Shown here piece by piece: positions 36,911 to 47,051 of a stretch of DNA of 64,000 bases (position 1 is the first letter of the stretch; each line of letters starts with the position of its first letter). The translations under genes and the position numbers were made by a program. Source of the stretch: a virus; the IMG/VR virus record IMGVR_UViG_3300021092_000008. The stretch is one strand, 5' to 3'. The notes under the pieces are model-generated. The model did no database searches and had not been told where the DNA came from. It saw only the letters and a list, made by a program, of their open reading frames with translations.

Positions 36911-37353
36911 CAGATAAAATAACATCTGTTTTTTACAGATACAAATTACAAGGAAGTAATTCATATGATTGTTTCTTTGTGCCAGGAGAACAAATTGATG
37001 ATTTGATTGGTGGTGTGGCATCTGAAATTATAAATGGAGAAGTTGTTTTTCACATTTATGATCTTTCCGATGAGACTATGTTAAATCATCCGTGGGTAAC
37101 ATGGTGGGATAAAAAAATTATTGAGAAAGAAGTTGTATTAACAAAACTCCCCACCAAAAAGGGTAACAAAATCAATTGGAAATCACGTAATCGTGGTGGT
37201 GGTGTCAAGCATAAAAATTTTGACAAAACTGATGCCAAGCTGTACTATAAAGAAACGGAAAGGGTAATCAATCCTAAAAGCAAACCACCTAAAAAAGTTG
37301 AAGAACCCCCCATGGGTATCATAAACATCATCAAAAAAGAGGAGGATTCCTAA
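36907..37353 (+). CDS. hypothetical protein
   Basis: ORF with ATGA overlap. Confidence 0.7.
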   Translation: MTDKITSVFYRYKLQGSNSYDCFFVPGEQIDDLIGGVASEIINGEVVFHIYDLSDETMLNHPWVTWWDKKIIEKEVVLTKLPTKKGNKINWKSRNRGGGVKHKNFDKTDAKLYYKETERVINPKSKPPKKVEEPPMGIINIIKKEEDS

Positions 37354-37583
37354 TGACTCAACTTATTAACCCTTCCGACCCACGCTTTTTTCGACAAACA
37401 TCTAACGAACCCTACCTTCGTCACGATTATAAATTAGTATCGAGCACTGGCGAATTTGTTATCTTTGATAATTATGAAGATGTACAGCGTAGATGGTTTG
37501 AGCGTAGTGGTCATTTTTTAAGTCACATTGAGGTTCTAGATCATAAAGAACCGAAGAAAAGTAAAAAAACAAAGGGGTTTTGA
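37353..37583 (+). CDS. hypothetical protein
   Basis: GAGGAG RBS; C-terminal KGF. Confidence 0.75.
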   Translation: MTQLINPSDPRFFRQTSNEPYLRHDYKLVSSTGEFVIFDNYEDVQRRWFERSGHFLSHIEVLDHKEPKKSKKTKGF

Positions 37584-37811
37584 ATGATTAAACTGACACC
37601 AACCTCCCTTAGAATTACGGGTAGTATTCTTCTTGTAATTGGCTATTTTATACTTCTTTATGGTGATATGAAAACTGGTTGCTGGTTTCGTTTAATCGGT
37701 GGATTAGTCATGGTTCCCTTCTCTATTCAAATCAAAACCTGGGATGTTCTAGTGCTACAAGCGTTTTTTTCTGTTATAGATATTTCAAAAATTATACAAT
37801 TATCATCATGA
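37584..37811 (+). CDS. small multi-TM membrane protein
   Basis: hydrophobic segments. Confidence 0.7.
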   Translation: MIKLTPTSLRITGSILLVIGYFILLYGDMKTGCWFRLIGGLVMVPFSIQIKTWDVLVLQAFFSVIDISKIIQLSS

Positions 37812-37817
37812 CTATCG

Positions 37818-37871
37818 ATAAGCAATGCTTATGAAACACCGCTTGACACCACCGTTGAGCGGTGCTATATT
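37818..37871 (+). promoter_or_regulatory. sigma70 promoter with upstream ATAAG-N5-CTTAT palindrome
   Basis: ATAAGCAATGCTTAT at 37818-37832; TTGACA(37843)-17-TATATT. Confidence 0.7.
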
Positions 37872-37891
37872 GTATTCAAATACATAAAACA

Positions 37892-38092
37892 ATGAGACGA
37901 GTCACTGTAAGACCTAAATCTAGCAAGGCGAAGAATCGTCTTGCTAACTCTATGGATGGTAATCCTATCTGTGTTGTTGAGCAGGACAAAGGAGATGGTA
38001 TGCTGTTTCTCGCTAGTGAGAACCAGAAATACTTCTTCTGGGTCAATGTAAGTGAAGATTGCCACTGGGAAACTGAATGGGAGGTTCTATGA
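37892..38092 (+). CDS. hypothetical protein
   Basis: MRRVTVRPKSSKAKNRLAN; first gene after promoter. Confidence 0.75.
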   Translation: MRRVTVRPKSSKAKNRLANSMDGNPICVVEQDKGDGMLFLASENQKYFFWVNVSEDCHWETEWEVL

Positions 38093-40010
38093 GCTACACT
38101 ATCACCAAACACATCCAAATTCAACACGAAGAAGATGATTGGAGTTTTGATTTTACTGCTGATGAGCATGGGACTGTGAGTGTAGAGGATGGTAATGGAC
38201 AAGGATTTGAAACCATTCACATTCCCAAAGATTGTATTCAACACTTTATTGACGTTCTGGAGCAATACAAATGAAACCTAAAATGTATCACATTCTCAGT
38301 CTTGCTGTAGAGCAAGGTGTACGTGATGGATGGCGTCGTGCTTATAAACATACTGATAACCCACACGAAGATAGTGTCCAAGAATATATTGAAGAAGCTG
38401 TAATGTCTTCCATTCACGATTATTTTGTATTTGATGAGGATGAATACCAATGAATAACACTATGTATTTTGATGATATGGAACTGATGCAACTTCAGTTC
38501 TGTATGGAACAAACAAAAAAACAAATGTCGATGGGTGGAGAAATCCGTCGCCACGCTTCTATTACACAAAAGATTGAAGAAGAAATGGAGCGTCGTAAGC
38601 AAGAAACTGGTGCTTATACTACAGAAGGTTTGCTTCGTCGTCTAGAAGAAGAAATGGAACGTCTTGCAAATGATTACCAATGAAAAAGTATAAAGAAGAG
38701 TATTTTTCAGTTCTTGATAAAAAGACTGGAAAAAAACTATTAGATTGTGGTGATGAACTTGATGCTTTAGCGATGGTTGCTATGGATTCACAGAACCGTA
38801 CCTATATTAGCAATCAGTTTCTGATGGGTCGAGTGGTGGATGTTCAGATGCCCAAAGTACTACCAACCAATGAGATTGTTGTGAATATGAACGGTGGAGT
38901 TGGTGGGTCTTGGGAAGTTCGTGAACCACAACCACTTCCACAAATCAAACTTCCAGAAAGACAAGCAGAACCTGTAAGAGTATAACTATGACTAACGAAC
39001 AAATTAAAAAACTAAAACTTATTGCTAAAGAAAATACTATTGAGGAACGACTTACTCGTATTGAAGATAAAGTTGATTTACTCATTACTCAACTCAAAAT
39101 AGAATTTTATAAGAAATAATCTAAGTCAAAATTCAACACAAACCATAGAATTTTTCATATAAGGTGGTAAAATGAATCTCTATATTATCAGCAATGTTCT
39201 TTGGGATGCTACTCGTGGAATGTGTGTAATTGCTGCCGAATCTATGTCTCATTGTGAAGAGATTTATGTTAAAAAGTTTGAGCATTATGAGATGTGGTCA
39301 GGTGGTGAGATTATTGACGCACAAACAGATTTTAAGGATGGAACATTTCAGGTGATTGAAAATATCAATCATCCCGCAGGTGTTATTAATTATGTTTTTG
39401 GAGGAGGTTGAAATGACTGACGAACAAATTGAGATGCTGCGGCGTCTCATTCAAGATGAGATTGAAGTTGCTGGTGTTGATGGTATGGAACACGGTGTAT
39501 GGGGCTGGATGGATAGTCAATTAGACAAACGATGGAAACAGTTTCAGGAGAGTTTCAATGATTGAATATATAGAGATACGTGGCCAAATTTAGGGTGGGC
39601 AAAGCGTATGAATATAAGAGCAGGCGATACAGTAAAGTTTGTAGGATGCTCACCAGAGCAGGTTAAATGGGGCAACAGCGATGATCCAACTGGTATTTTA
39701 ATTGTAGGTGACAAATACTATGTAGAGCATGTAGAAGTGCATTCACAGCACACTAAGATTGAATTACGTGGTATACTAAAACAAAAGTTTAACTCAGTAT
39801 GTTTTGAGGTAATCCGTGACAGACAAAGAACTTTATAATCCTGATGAATTTGTCCTAGATGACATCAAAATGTATCACTATGAAGTGATGGAGGAAGGTC
39901 GTCATGTATGGATGGCATTCTACTTGGAAAATGGTAGTGTAGGGCATTTGAATATTTTTCTAAATGATGGTAGAATTCAAACACGCTATGAAGAATGGAA
40001 TGAGGTTTAA
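38089..40010 (+). other. run of small hypothetical genes (38089-38274, 38271-38453, 38450-38683, 38680-38985, 38988-39119, 39172-39411, 39413-39565, 39608-39838, 39816-40010)
   Basis: consecutive + strand ORFs, many with ATGA overlaps. Confidence 0.65.
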
Positions 40011-40012
40011 TA

Positions 40013-40417
40013 ATGGGAATGTTTGATTATTTCCGCTCATCGTATGATTTGGGTGAGCAATTTACAAATACAGTGTGTCAAACCAAAGACATTGAAGAAT
40101 ATGGACTAGGTGGCACAATGACTGACTACTGGTTAGATCCCAGTGGTCAGTTGTGGTATCCAAGTTATCTTGGAACACATGACTTCTGTGAAATCACAGA
40201 GGATGATGACCGATATGATGAGAAGCGTAAGTTTCTCAATTATGAATGGATTTCTACTGGTGTTCATGGTAAGTATCAACCACATCTAATCACAAAGTAT
40301 ATTGAAATCTACCCTGCTGAATGGAAAGGAAAGTGGGAAGATTGGCCCCGTTGTCGATTACATTTCAGGTGTGGTATACTACAAGACTACATGGACATTA
40401 CTGGAAGATTTTTATGA
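40013..40417 (+). CDS. conserved phage hypothetical protein
   Basis: MGMFD...QTKD pattern; GAGG RBS. Confidence 0.75.
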   Translation: MGMFDYFRSSYDLGEQFTNTVCQTKDIEEYGLGGTMTDYWLDPSGQLWYPSYLGTHDFCEITEDDDRYDEKRKFLNYEWISTGVHGKYQPHLITKYIEIYPAEWKGKWEDWPRCRLHFRCGILQDYMDITGRFL

Positions 40418-40923
40418 ATATATTCGTTACATCTCCATGGCCAGCAGAATCAGCGATTGTACTGCCTGATAAACATATTGTCAAGATGCCACTAGAGTGT
40501 TGTCAGATGTTATCTATCATTGCTTCTAAATGGTATCACAATTACGGCAAAATCAATAAAGTAAATGGTGTTCCCTATCGTACAGAAAAGGGAGCCTTTC
40601 GTAACCATCCATGTACACAGTGGGCAGCATCAACTATTGACAATGCTTATTGGTTAATTAAGCATGGCATGAACTTATGTGATGAGTATGCCATTCGTTA
40701 CAATAAAATCCATTCTTGTTATAATACTTTACTTGAAGCATATTATTTGTTTCCCAAAGGTAGAATAACTAATGTTACACCATTCGCTAGAGCAATGCCA
40801 AATGAATATAAATTTGACACAAGCATTGACACTTTTACTGCTTACAAAATGTATATTTCGTCCAAACCTTGGGTTGCATCTAATTATCTTCGTATGCCAG
40901 AAAGGAAACCAGAATGGGTATGA
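40414..40923 (+). CDS. pyrimidine-dimer DNA glycosylase (DenV)-family-like protein
   Basis: MNIF....P..SA..L.DKH.VKM.LE..QML, HPCT.WA, EY..RY.K.H. Confidence 0.75.
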   Translation: MNIFVTSPWPAESAIVLPDKHIVKMPLECCQMLSIIASKWYHNYGKINKVNGVPYRTEKGAFRNHPCTQWAASTIDNAYWLIKHGMNLCDEYAIRYNKIHSCYNTLLEAYYLFPKGRITNVTPFARAMPNEYKFDTSIDTFTAYKMYISSKPWVASNYLRMPERKPEWV

Positions 40924-41489
40924 ATCAAGAGTTAATTGATAATAATTATATTATATTACCAAATTTTTTACATGCCGATCAAACAGTTAAATTGGCAAAT
41001 GAATTTAAAAGTTTTTGCCAAGAGAAAAATCTAATAGGAGATTGGTTGGTAAAAGATTCATCTAGTTATCGTAATTATCTACCATTTCTAGAAATTTTAT
41101 TAGATAAAACCCACGAAATATCTAGTATAGTCGGAGAACCTTTGTTGCCAACGTTTTCTTACTCTAGAATATATCATAATAAAAGTAATTTACCATTACA
41201 CAGAGATCAACAAAATTGTGAAATAGCAGTTACTATTAATCTTGATTGTGATTTGCTTTGGGATATATGGATTCGTACTCCAAAACCAGATAGTAAAAGT
41301 GTATCAATTACTATGAATAAAGGTGATGCTATGTTGTATTTGGGAACAGAAGCATTACATTGGAGAGAAGAATATCAAGGAACATATTATTGTGGATTAT
41401 TTCTCTGTTATGTTAGAACTAGAGGAAATCTGTATGTGCCTATTTACGATCAAATGTACACTCATGGACCAGGAGTATTTTATACATGA
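40920..41489 (+). CDS. 2OG-Fe(II) oxygenase
   Basis: YSRIY....L..H.D...CE...GDA..Y.G....HWR. Confidence 0.8.
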   Translation: MNQELIDNNYIILPNFLHADQTVKLANEFKSFCQEKNLIGDWLVKDSSSYRNYLPFLEILLDKTHEISSIVGEPLLPTFSYSRIYHNKSNLPLHRDQQNCEIAVTINLDCDLLWDIWIRTPKPDSKSVSITMNKGDAMLYLGTEALHWREEYQGTYYCGLFLCYVRTRGNLYVPIYDQMYTHGPGVFYT

Positions 41490-41695
41490 CAACTACACAT
41501 TCATATGATAAATGGGGATATGATGATCCAACACCATATGATATATTAGTTCAAAAAATTGAAGAGCTAGATAAAAGAATTAAATATTTGGAGCAAGAAA
41601 ACATAGAAACTACTAATGTGTTGTATGAGATCATGAATAGCCTTGACAACCATCGAGAAGACCTGTACAATATGAAGACTCAATTTGGAGATTGA
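41486..41695 (+). CDS. coiled-coil hypothetical protein
   Basis: heptad pattern; ATGA overlap. Confidence 0.65.
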   Translation: MTTTHSYDKWGYDDPTPYDILVQKIEELDKRIKYLEQENIETTNVLYEIMNSLDNHREDLYNMKTQFGD

Positions 41696-41697
41696 TC

Positions 41698-42234
41698 ATG
41701 GCGGTTAATTATCAAAAAGCATGGGATGCCATGAATGAACTTGAGATTTGTATCACTAAAGTTAATTCTGCTCGTGAAATTCTTGATGTAGCATCAGAAA
41801 CTCTTGCTACACATAAATTTGATAAAACAGAGCATTTGATTGATGCTGCTTATGAATTTCTTGGATTTTTTGTTGCTGAATTTGATTCTAAGTTCAGCAA
41901 AGCATGGCAGGCAACTGTAGTTGCTGCTCATGAAGATTACGAAGAACCTAAAACAATTAAGTATACTGATGAAGAACTTAATGCCATGTGTGATGCTGCT
42001 GAAGAAAAACACTCAGCATATTATTATGATTACACACGTAATGATCCAAACAAACCTAACCCTTTTACTGCTGATTTAACAATTGGTGGTGACGGTACAC
42101 TTGTTCTTCCTGATGAAGTAATGAGTAAATTGAATATCAATCTTGGTGATTACATTCAGTGGACACCACTGGATGATAATACAATTCGTTTAGATAAAGT
42201 TGACAACGTTTCTATTGTACAAAAAATAGAATGA
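41698..42234 (+). CDS. hypothetical protein with C-terminal AbrB/MazE-like DNA-binding domain
   Basis: G.L.LPDE....L....GD...W at C-terminus; TTGACA promoter and GGAG RBS upstream. Confidence 0.6.
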   Translation: MAVNYQKAWDAMNELEICITKVNSAREILDVASETLATHKFDKTEHLIDAAYEFLGFFVAEFDSKFSKAWQATVVAAHEDYEEPKTIKYTDEELNAMCDAAEEKHSAYYYDYTRNDPNKPNPFTADLTIGGDGTLVLPDEVMSKLNINLGDYIQWTPLDDNTIRLDKVDNVSIVQKIE

Positions 42235-42755
42235 TTGAAAATTATGCTATCGATATGTTTACTATACCACTTTTACATTTAAAAGTAAAAAACTGGAATA
42301 GTAAAAAAATACTCTTGCTTGATATGATGAGTAATGGTATGGATTATTTCACACAAAAAGATAGCATTGATCTTCATTTAAGTAATAATAAAATTCAATC
42401 AATATTAGAAGAAGAGCTTAATTTATTTGCTGATCATTTTGGATTTACTGAATATAGAATATTAATATCTTGGTTTGCTACAGCAAAACGTGGAGATTAT
42501 CATAGCGTACATAGTCATTCAAGTATAGGTTATAGTTCTGTGTGTTATGTCGATTATGATATAAATCATCACAAACCAACAGAATTTATTGCTCCTTTCA
42601 ATAATTTTTTGACAGGTAACAATCTGTTTTACATTCCAGAAGTTGAAGAAGGATCTATTATATTTTTTCCATCATCTATTTTACATTATGCTAATCCAAA
42701 TCAATCTGAAAAAGAAAGAAGTATATTAGCTTTTAATCTTGATGTTAAAAACTAG
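42231..42755 (+). CDS. 2OG-Fe(II) oxygenase (TIGR02466-like)
   Basis: SWF.....GDYH..HSH, FFPS...H...PN.S...R...AFN. Confidence 0.85.
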   Translation: MIENYAIDMFTIPLLHLKVKNWNSKKILLLDMMSNGMDYFTQKDSIDLHLSNNKIQSILEEELNLFADHFGFTEYRILISWFATAKRGDYHSVHSHSSIGYSSVCYVDYDINHHKPTEFIAPFNNFLTGNNLFYIPEVEEGSIIFFPSSILHYANPNQSEKERSILAFNLDVKN

Positions 42756-42763
42756 ACAGAATG

Positions 42764-42771
42764 AATAAATA
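42764..42771 (+). promoter_or_regulatory. late promoter
   Basis: AATAAATA 28 nt before ORF 42799. Confidence 0.6.
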
Positions 42772-42798
42772 GTGACACAGGTATTGTACACATAAAAG

Positions 42799-43215
42799 AT
42801 GGCAGTCTTAACATCAACATCAGTAACTGGTGTGTCAGATTTAAATATAGCTGGTAATTTTGATGGTTATCTTAGAGATTATACTGAAAAACTAAATAAT
42901 TTGGGTAATACTAGTGCTACAACAAATATTAATCTAGCACTTGGAACATTTGTTTCAGCAACATTAGCAACAAACACCACATTTACTTTTACTTTAGGAA
43001 CTAAAACTACTACTTCTGCTACTTCTTTTACTCTTATTCTTAGAAATGATGGTACTTCTGGTAGATCAGTTACCTGGCCAGGTACTGTAAGATGGCCAGG
43101 CGGAACCGTTCCTACAAGAACAACAACAGCTAATAGAGCTGATGTTTTTACTTTTTTTACTTTTGACGGTGGTGCTATTTGGTATGGTTCTTTATCATTA
43201 ATTAATTACGCTTGA
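42799..43215 (+). CDS. small tail-fibre-tip-like structural protein
   Basis: GRSVTWP..V.WPGGT.PT.T..AN..DVF.F.T.DGG..WYG motif seen at phage fibre C-termini. Confidence 0.7.
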   Translation: MAVLTSTSVTGVSDLNIAGNFDGYLRDYTEKLNNLGNTSATTNINLALGTFVSATLATNTTFTFTLGTKTTTSATSFTLILRNDGTSGRSVTWPGTVRWPGGTVPTRTTTANRADVFTFFTFDGGAIWYGSLSLINYA

Positions 43216-43218
43216 TTT

Positions 43219-43806
43219 ATGTCGGAAACTTATACTGATTTTATTGGAATGTACACTGATGTGTATGAGGATGGTTATTGCTCTCATATGATCAATGAAT
43301 TTGAGAGACTACATGACTCTAGAATAGTAAGAAATAGAAGGGAATCTGAAAATGCTAAACAAATAGAAAAGAATGACTTTCATATTTCAGTTAATGTAAA
43401 AGCAACATCTTTTACTGAATTTAATGAAAGATGTGTTAATCAAATATTTGCTGAAGGATTACAATGTTGTTTCGACATGTATTGTGATCAATATGACGTT
43501 CTTAGAACCATAGATATAGTTGGTTCTGATTTTAAAATGCAAAAAACTCCACCTGGGGGTGGTTACCATGTTTGGCACGCTGAACAAGGAAACAATGATA
43601 TGGCTAGTAGAGCTTTAGTTTATATGTTATATTTGAATGATATAAAACAAGCAGGAGAGACAGAATTTTTATATCAACAATTAAGAATTCCTCCTAAAGA
43701 AAATTGTATGGTTATATGGCCAGCATCATTTACTCATACTCATAGGGGCAACACAGTACATGGTAATACGTCTAAATATGTTATAACAGGCTGGTTTAAC
43801 GTATAG
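43219..43806 (+). CDS. 2OG-Fe(II) oxygenase (prolyl-4-hydroxylase-like)
   Basis: QKT.PGGGYH.WH.E, YLND...GETEF, WPA.FTH.HRG, KY..TGW. Confidence 0.88.
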   Translation: MSETYTDFIGMYTDVYEDGYCSHMINEFERLHDSRIVRNRRESENAKQIEKNDFHISVNVKATSFTEFNERCVNQIFAEGLQCCFDMYCDQYDVLRTIDIVGSDFKMQKTPPGGGYHVWHAEQGNNDMASRALVYMLYLNDIKQAGETEFLYQQLRIPPKENCMVIWPASFTHTHRGNTVHGNTSKYVITGWFNV

Positions 43807-43816
43807 GTATAGAGAT

Positions 43817-44869
43817 ATGGCTGTATCAAGAGCAGTATATAGAGGAGGAATAACACCAGGGGGCAGTCAGGTATTTAATTCTCCTGGTACTTGGGTTGCT
43901 CCGCCTAAAATTGTAAATGTCTCTGCTTCTGGTAGGGGCGCAGTTGGTCAGCCTGGCGGCACAGGTAATGGTGGCAACCCTGGATTCAGAGGGCAGAGGG
44001 GCAATGGTGGTGTTGGTACAGCAGGAAATGCCAGTCATGGTGGCGGTGGCGGCGGTGGTGGAAATGCTGTGCCATTTCCTGTTAGAGCAAACCCTGGAAA
44101 CAATGGGGGCGTCAGCGGTGGTGGCGGCGGGGCTCGAGGAAATCGCCCAGGGTTCCCTGGGCAAAGGGGCGGAAGTGGAAGTGCTGGTTCTGCTGGAACT
44201 AAAGGATCAGCCCCGCCTGGAAATAACGCCATCGCGCCAGGGGGAGGTGGTGGTGGTAACACAGGAGGGCAAGGACAGACGGGAGCAGCATCAATATTTG
44301 CTGGGTTAAATTTCCCTGGTGGTCCTGGCGGTAATGGTGGAAAAGGAAATAATGGAGCAGCTGGAAATCCTGGAAATCCTGGTACTGCTGGTACTGCTGG
44401 TAATGGTAATCCTGGTGGAAACGGTGGAGGTGGTGGCACTGGTGGTAGCAACAGTGGCGGATTAAGACCTGGCGGTGGTGGCGGACAGCAAGGTGGCAAT
44501 AATGGCCAGGCTGCTGCTGGTTCTGGAGGCGGCGGTGGCGGGTCTGGTGGAACTGGCGGCGCGCCAGGTAGAAATGGTGGTAATGGAGGATCTGGTGGTA
44601 ATGCTAACCCTCCAAATCGCCCAGGTAGCCGAAGAGGTGGCGGCGGCGGTGGCGGCGGCGGGCGTGGAAATCCTGGAAACCAAGGAGCTACTGGAGGACA
44701 GGGAAATAATGGTAATCCTGGAGCTGCTGGAAATCCTGTTGCTGGTAATCCTGGAAACCCAGCAAATACAACAATATACAATTCAATAACAGTTACCCCA
44801 GGGCAATCATATCCCGTAACTGTCAATAACCCTGGCGGATCTGTAACTGTTTCTTGGAATCCACAATAA
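43817..44869 (+). CDS. glycine-rich collagen-like/polyglycine-II fibre or adhesin protein
   Basis: Gly-X-Y runs (GNPGNPGTAGTAG), poly-G tracts, about 20 X-Pro-Gly, no Asp/Glu/Cys; globular ends F.SPGTW.AP and VTPGQSYPVTV. Confidence 0.8.
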   Translation: MAVSRAVYRGGITPGGSQVFNSPGTWVAPPKIVNVSASGRGAVGQPGGTGNGGNPGFRGQRGNGGVGTAGNASHGGGGGGGGNAVPFPVRANPGNNGGVSGGGGGARGNRPGFPGQRGGSGSAGSAGTKGSAPPGNNAIAPGGGGGGNTGGQGQTGAASIFAGLNFPGGPGGNGGKGNNGAAGNPGNPGTAGTAGNGNPGGNGGGGGTGGSNSGGLRPGGGGGQQGGNNGQAAAGSGGGGGGSGGTGGAPGRNGGNGGSGGNANPPNRPGSRRGGGGGGGGGRGNPGNQGATGGQGNNGNPGAAGNPVAGNPGNPANTTIYNSITVTPGQSYPVTVNNPGGSVTVSWNPQ

Positions 44870-44896
44870 ATAAATTTGAAGTTATAATTTCATACA

Positions 44897-45319
44897 ATGG
44901 CTAAAAGAGAAATTTCTGAAACAAGAAAAAAAATTCGAGAAATATATGAACAAAATGAACTAGATGGTCTTGAAGCAAATAAAACTAGAGCAAGAGCTTT
45001 TAGTGTTGGTACGTGTGGTGGTGGATTAATTGAAGTTACTTTACGAGGAGATATTGGATTTTTATGGTATCAATTAGATGCCGTAGAAACTGTTGAGATT
45101 ATACAACAGTTAGCTGCTGGTTGTGGTTTAGATATAGCTTTGAGACCTAAAAATGATTTTGCTACTTGGAGATCTTGGGACGAAACATTACCAGGAGCTA
45201 TTCATTGGGTTGGTGCAGCACCATGGCAAATGTCTGATGAGCAGAGAGAAGAAATAGCTGCTTTAAGAGCAAAAAATTTAAAATTGCTAAAACAACAAGA
45301 AGAACCAGCGGGCGAATAA
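44897..45319 (+). CDS. hypothetical protein
   Basis: ORF after AATAAATA (44865). Confidence 0.75.
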   Translation: MAKREISETRKKIREIYEQNELDGLEANKTRARAFSVGTCGGGLIEVTLRGDIGFLWYQLDAVETVEIIQQLAAGCGLDIALRPKNDFATWRSWDETLPGAIHWVGAAPWQMSDEQREEIAALRAKNLKLLKQQEEPAGE

Positions 45320-45365
45320 CCACAAATGTGGTATAATTGAGAATAAAACCTAATCATTGTTTACG

Positions 45366-46016
45366 ATGTCTTTTAAGTATTTTACAAATAAAAATTCTTT
45401 TGATTCTATAGTAGATCCTTTGGAAACAAATTGGGCTGACTATTGGTATCTTCAAACAGAAGAATATTATCATGTTGCTTGGTCTTATGATATTTTTACA
45501 GATGCTGAACTAGATGATATTGTAACCACTGGTAGAAGAATGACTAGAGAACGAGCAGAAACTGGTGATCAGGGGTCAGAATGTTTAGATATCAGACGTT
45601 CTCATATATCATGGATTAATATTAATGAACATACAAAAAAAATGTATTCTAAATTATCACAAGCAATATGTGACACAAATGAAAAATATTTTAAATATGA
45701 TTTGACAATGATGGAGAAACTACAGTTTACTGAATATTCGGCAGATGAACTTGGATGTTACCATCAGCATATAGATCCTTTGGTGTGGAATAACCCACAT
45801 AATAGAAAATTGAGTTTTGTATTACAACTGTCAGATCCAGATGATTATGAAGGTGGCGAGCTAAAATTATATACTTCAAAGGAACCACAGGTAATAACAA
45901 GACAAAAAGGATTAACAGTGTTTTTTCCTTCTTATACATTACATGAAGTTACTCCAGTTACTAAAGGAATTAGAAATACTTTAGTTGGATGGGTTCATGG
46001 TCCATCTTTTAAATGA
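45366..46016 (+). CDS. 2OG-Fe(II) oxygenase (PKHD-type)
   Basis: LQFTEY, H.D, RKLS..LQLS....YEGGEL, FPS..LHEVTPVTKG.R..LVGW..GP. Confidence 0.9.
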   Translation: MSFKYFTNKNSFDSIVDPLETNWADYWYLQTEEYYHVAWSYDIFTDAELDDIVTTGRRMTRERAETGDQGSECLDIRRSHISWININEHTKKMYSKLSQAICDTNEKYFKYDLTMMEKLQFTEYSADELGCYHQHIDPLVWNNPHNRKLSFVLQLSDPDDYEGGELKLYTSKEPQVITRQKGLTVFFPSYTLHEVTPVTKGIRNTLVGWVHGPSFK

Positions 46017-46023
46017 GGTTGTT

Positions 46024-46626
46024 ATGAGTTTTAAACAAGACGGTTATTTTGTCATTAGAGAATTTTTAAATCAAGATTTTGTTGAGTTTATCCAACAATA
46101 TTTCTTTTTAAGAATACAATCTGGTGAAAAAGTTGACTATGGATCTCCTCAAGCTGCTAAGGCATTTGAAATATATAGTGATCCTTTAGTTGAAACTATT
46201 TTGAATTCTTCGTGTGATTATTTTAGTGAAGTAACTGGAATTAATTTACTACCAACATATACTTACTCCAGATTATATCAAAAAGATGATGAATTAAAAT
46301 CACATATAGATAGAGAAGCATGTGAAGTCTCAGTTACATTAGCATTAGGACTTCCCGAAGGTGAAGAAATAAACCCAATTTGTTTTAGTAAAACTAAAGA
46401 TATGAAAAATGCTATTGAGATTATGTTAAATCCTGGTGATGTCTGCATATATAAAGGATGTGATCTGTGGCATTGGAGACCACCATTTACACAAAAATGG
46501 TATTTACAAGCATTTCTACATTATGTAAATGCTAATGGTCCACATAAAAATTGTAAATATGATGAAAGAACTAATTTAAACATGGCTCCTGCACGTACAG
46601 CACGATCAGGACTGCTTTCACTTTAA
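46024..46626 (+). CDS. 2OG-Fe(II) oxygenase
   Basis: PTY.YSRLY....L..H.DR..CE.S, GD...Y.G....HWR, Q.FLHYV. Confidence 0.85.
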   Translation: MSFKQDGYFVIREFLNQDFVEFIQQYFFLRIQSGEKVDYGSPQAAKAFEIYSDPLVETILNSSCDYFSEVTGINLLPTYTYSRLYQKDDELKSHIDREACEVSVTLALGLPEGEEINPICFSKTKDMKNAIEIMLNPGDVCIYKGCDLWHWRPPFTQKWYLQAFLHYVNANGPHKNCKYDERTNLNMAPARTARSGLLSL

Positions 46627-46643
46627 AAGTATAAAATAATTAT

Positions 46644-47051
46644 ATGGAAGAACAAATACAAGAACAAGAGCCTGAATTTAGATCTGTTGTTATCCTTGAT
46701 AAAAAGAATATGGTTGTTGGTATCATGCCATGGCCACTCGATCAGCCCAAACAACAATTACTAGATGAATACTATAGTGATCTATATTATGTTTTAGACT
46801 ATGAGAAGTTAGAAACTAAAACTGATGCTGCTCCTGGATGTTTTTGGGATGCTGAATTAAATGGTTTTGTAGAAAGAAGACCATTAAATGAACCAACATA
46901 TGTGTTTAATAAAAATACTTTACGATGGGAACCAGATCCAAATTTAGAATATGATATTGATGGGGATGGTACATTAGACAAATGGGATCCTGAGACCGCA
47001 ACATTTTATAGTGTATACACACCACCAGAACTTGACACTTCTGAAGAATAA
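46644..47051 (+). CDS. acidic hypothetical protein (possible fibre chaperone)
   Basis: V.LD..N.V, A.PG..WD.....F...P pattern. Confidence 0.6.
   Translation: MEEQIQEQEPEFRSVVILDKKNMVVGIMPWPLDQPKQQLLDEYYSDLYYVLDYEKLETKTDAAPGCFWDAELNGFVERRPLNEPTYVFNKNTLRWEPDPNLEYDIDGDGTLDKWDPETATFYSVYTPPELDTSEE

Noticed and set aside
44035-44826. Pro-rich minus-strand ORFs (also 19365-19655 and 20588-20977)
   Set aside because: They are mirror images of GGN-rich glycine codons on the + strand.
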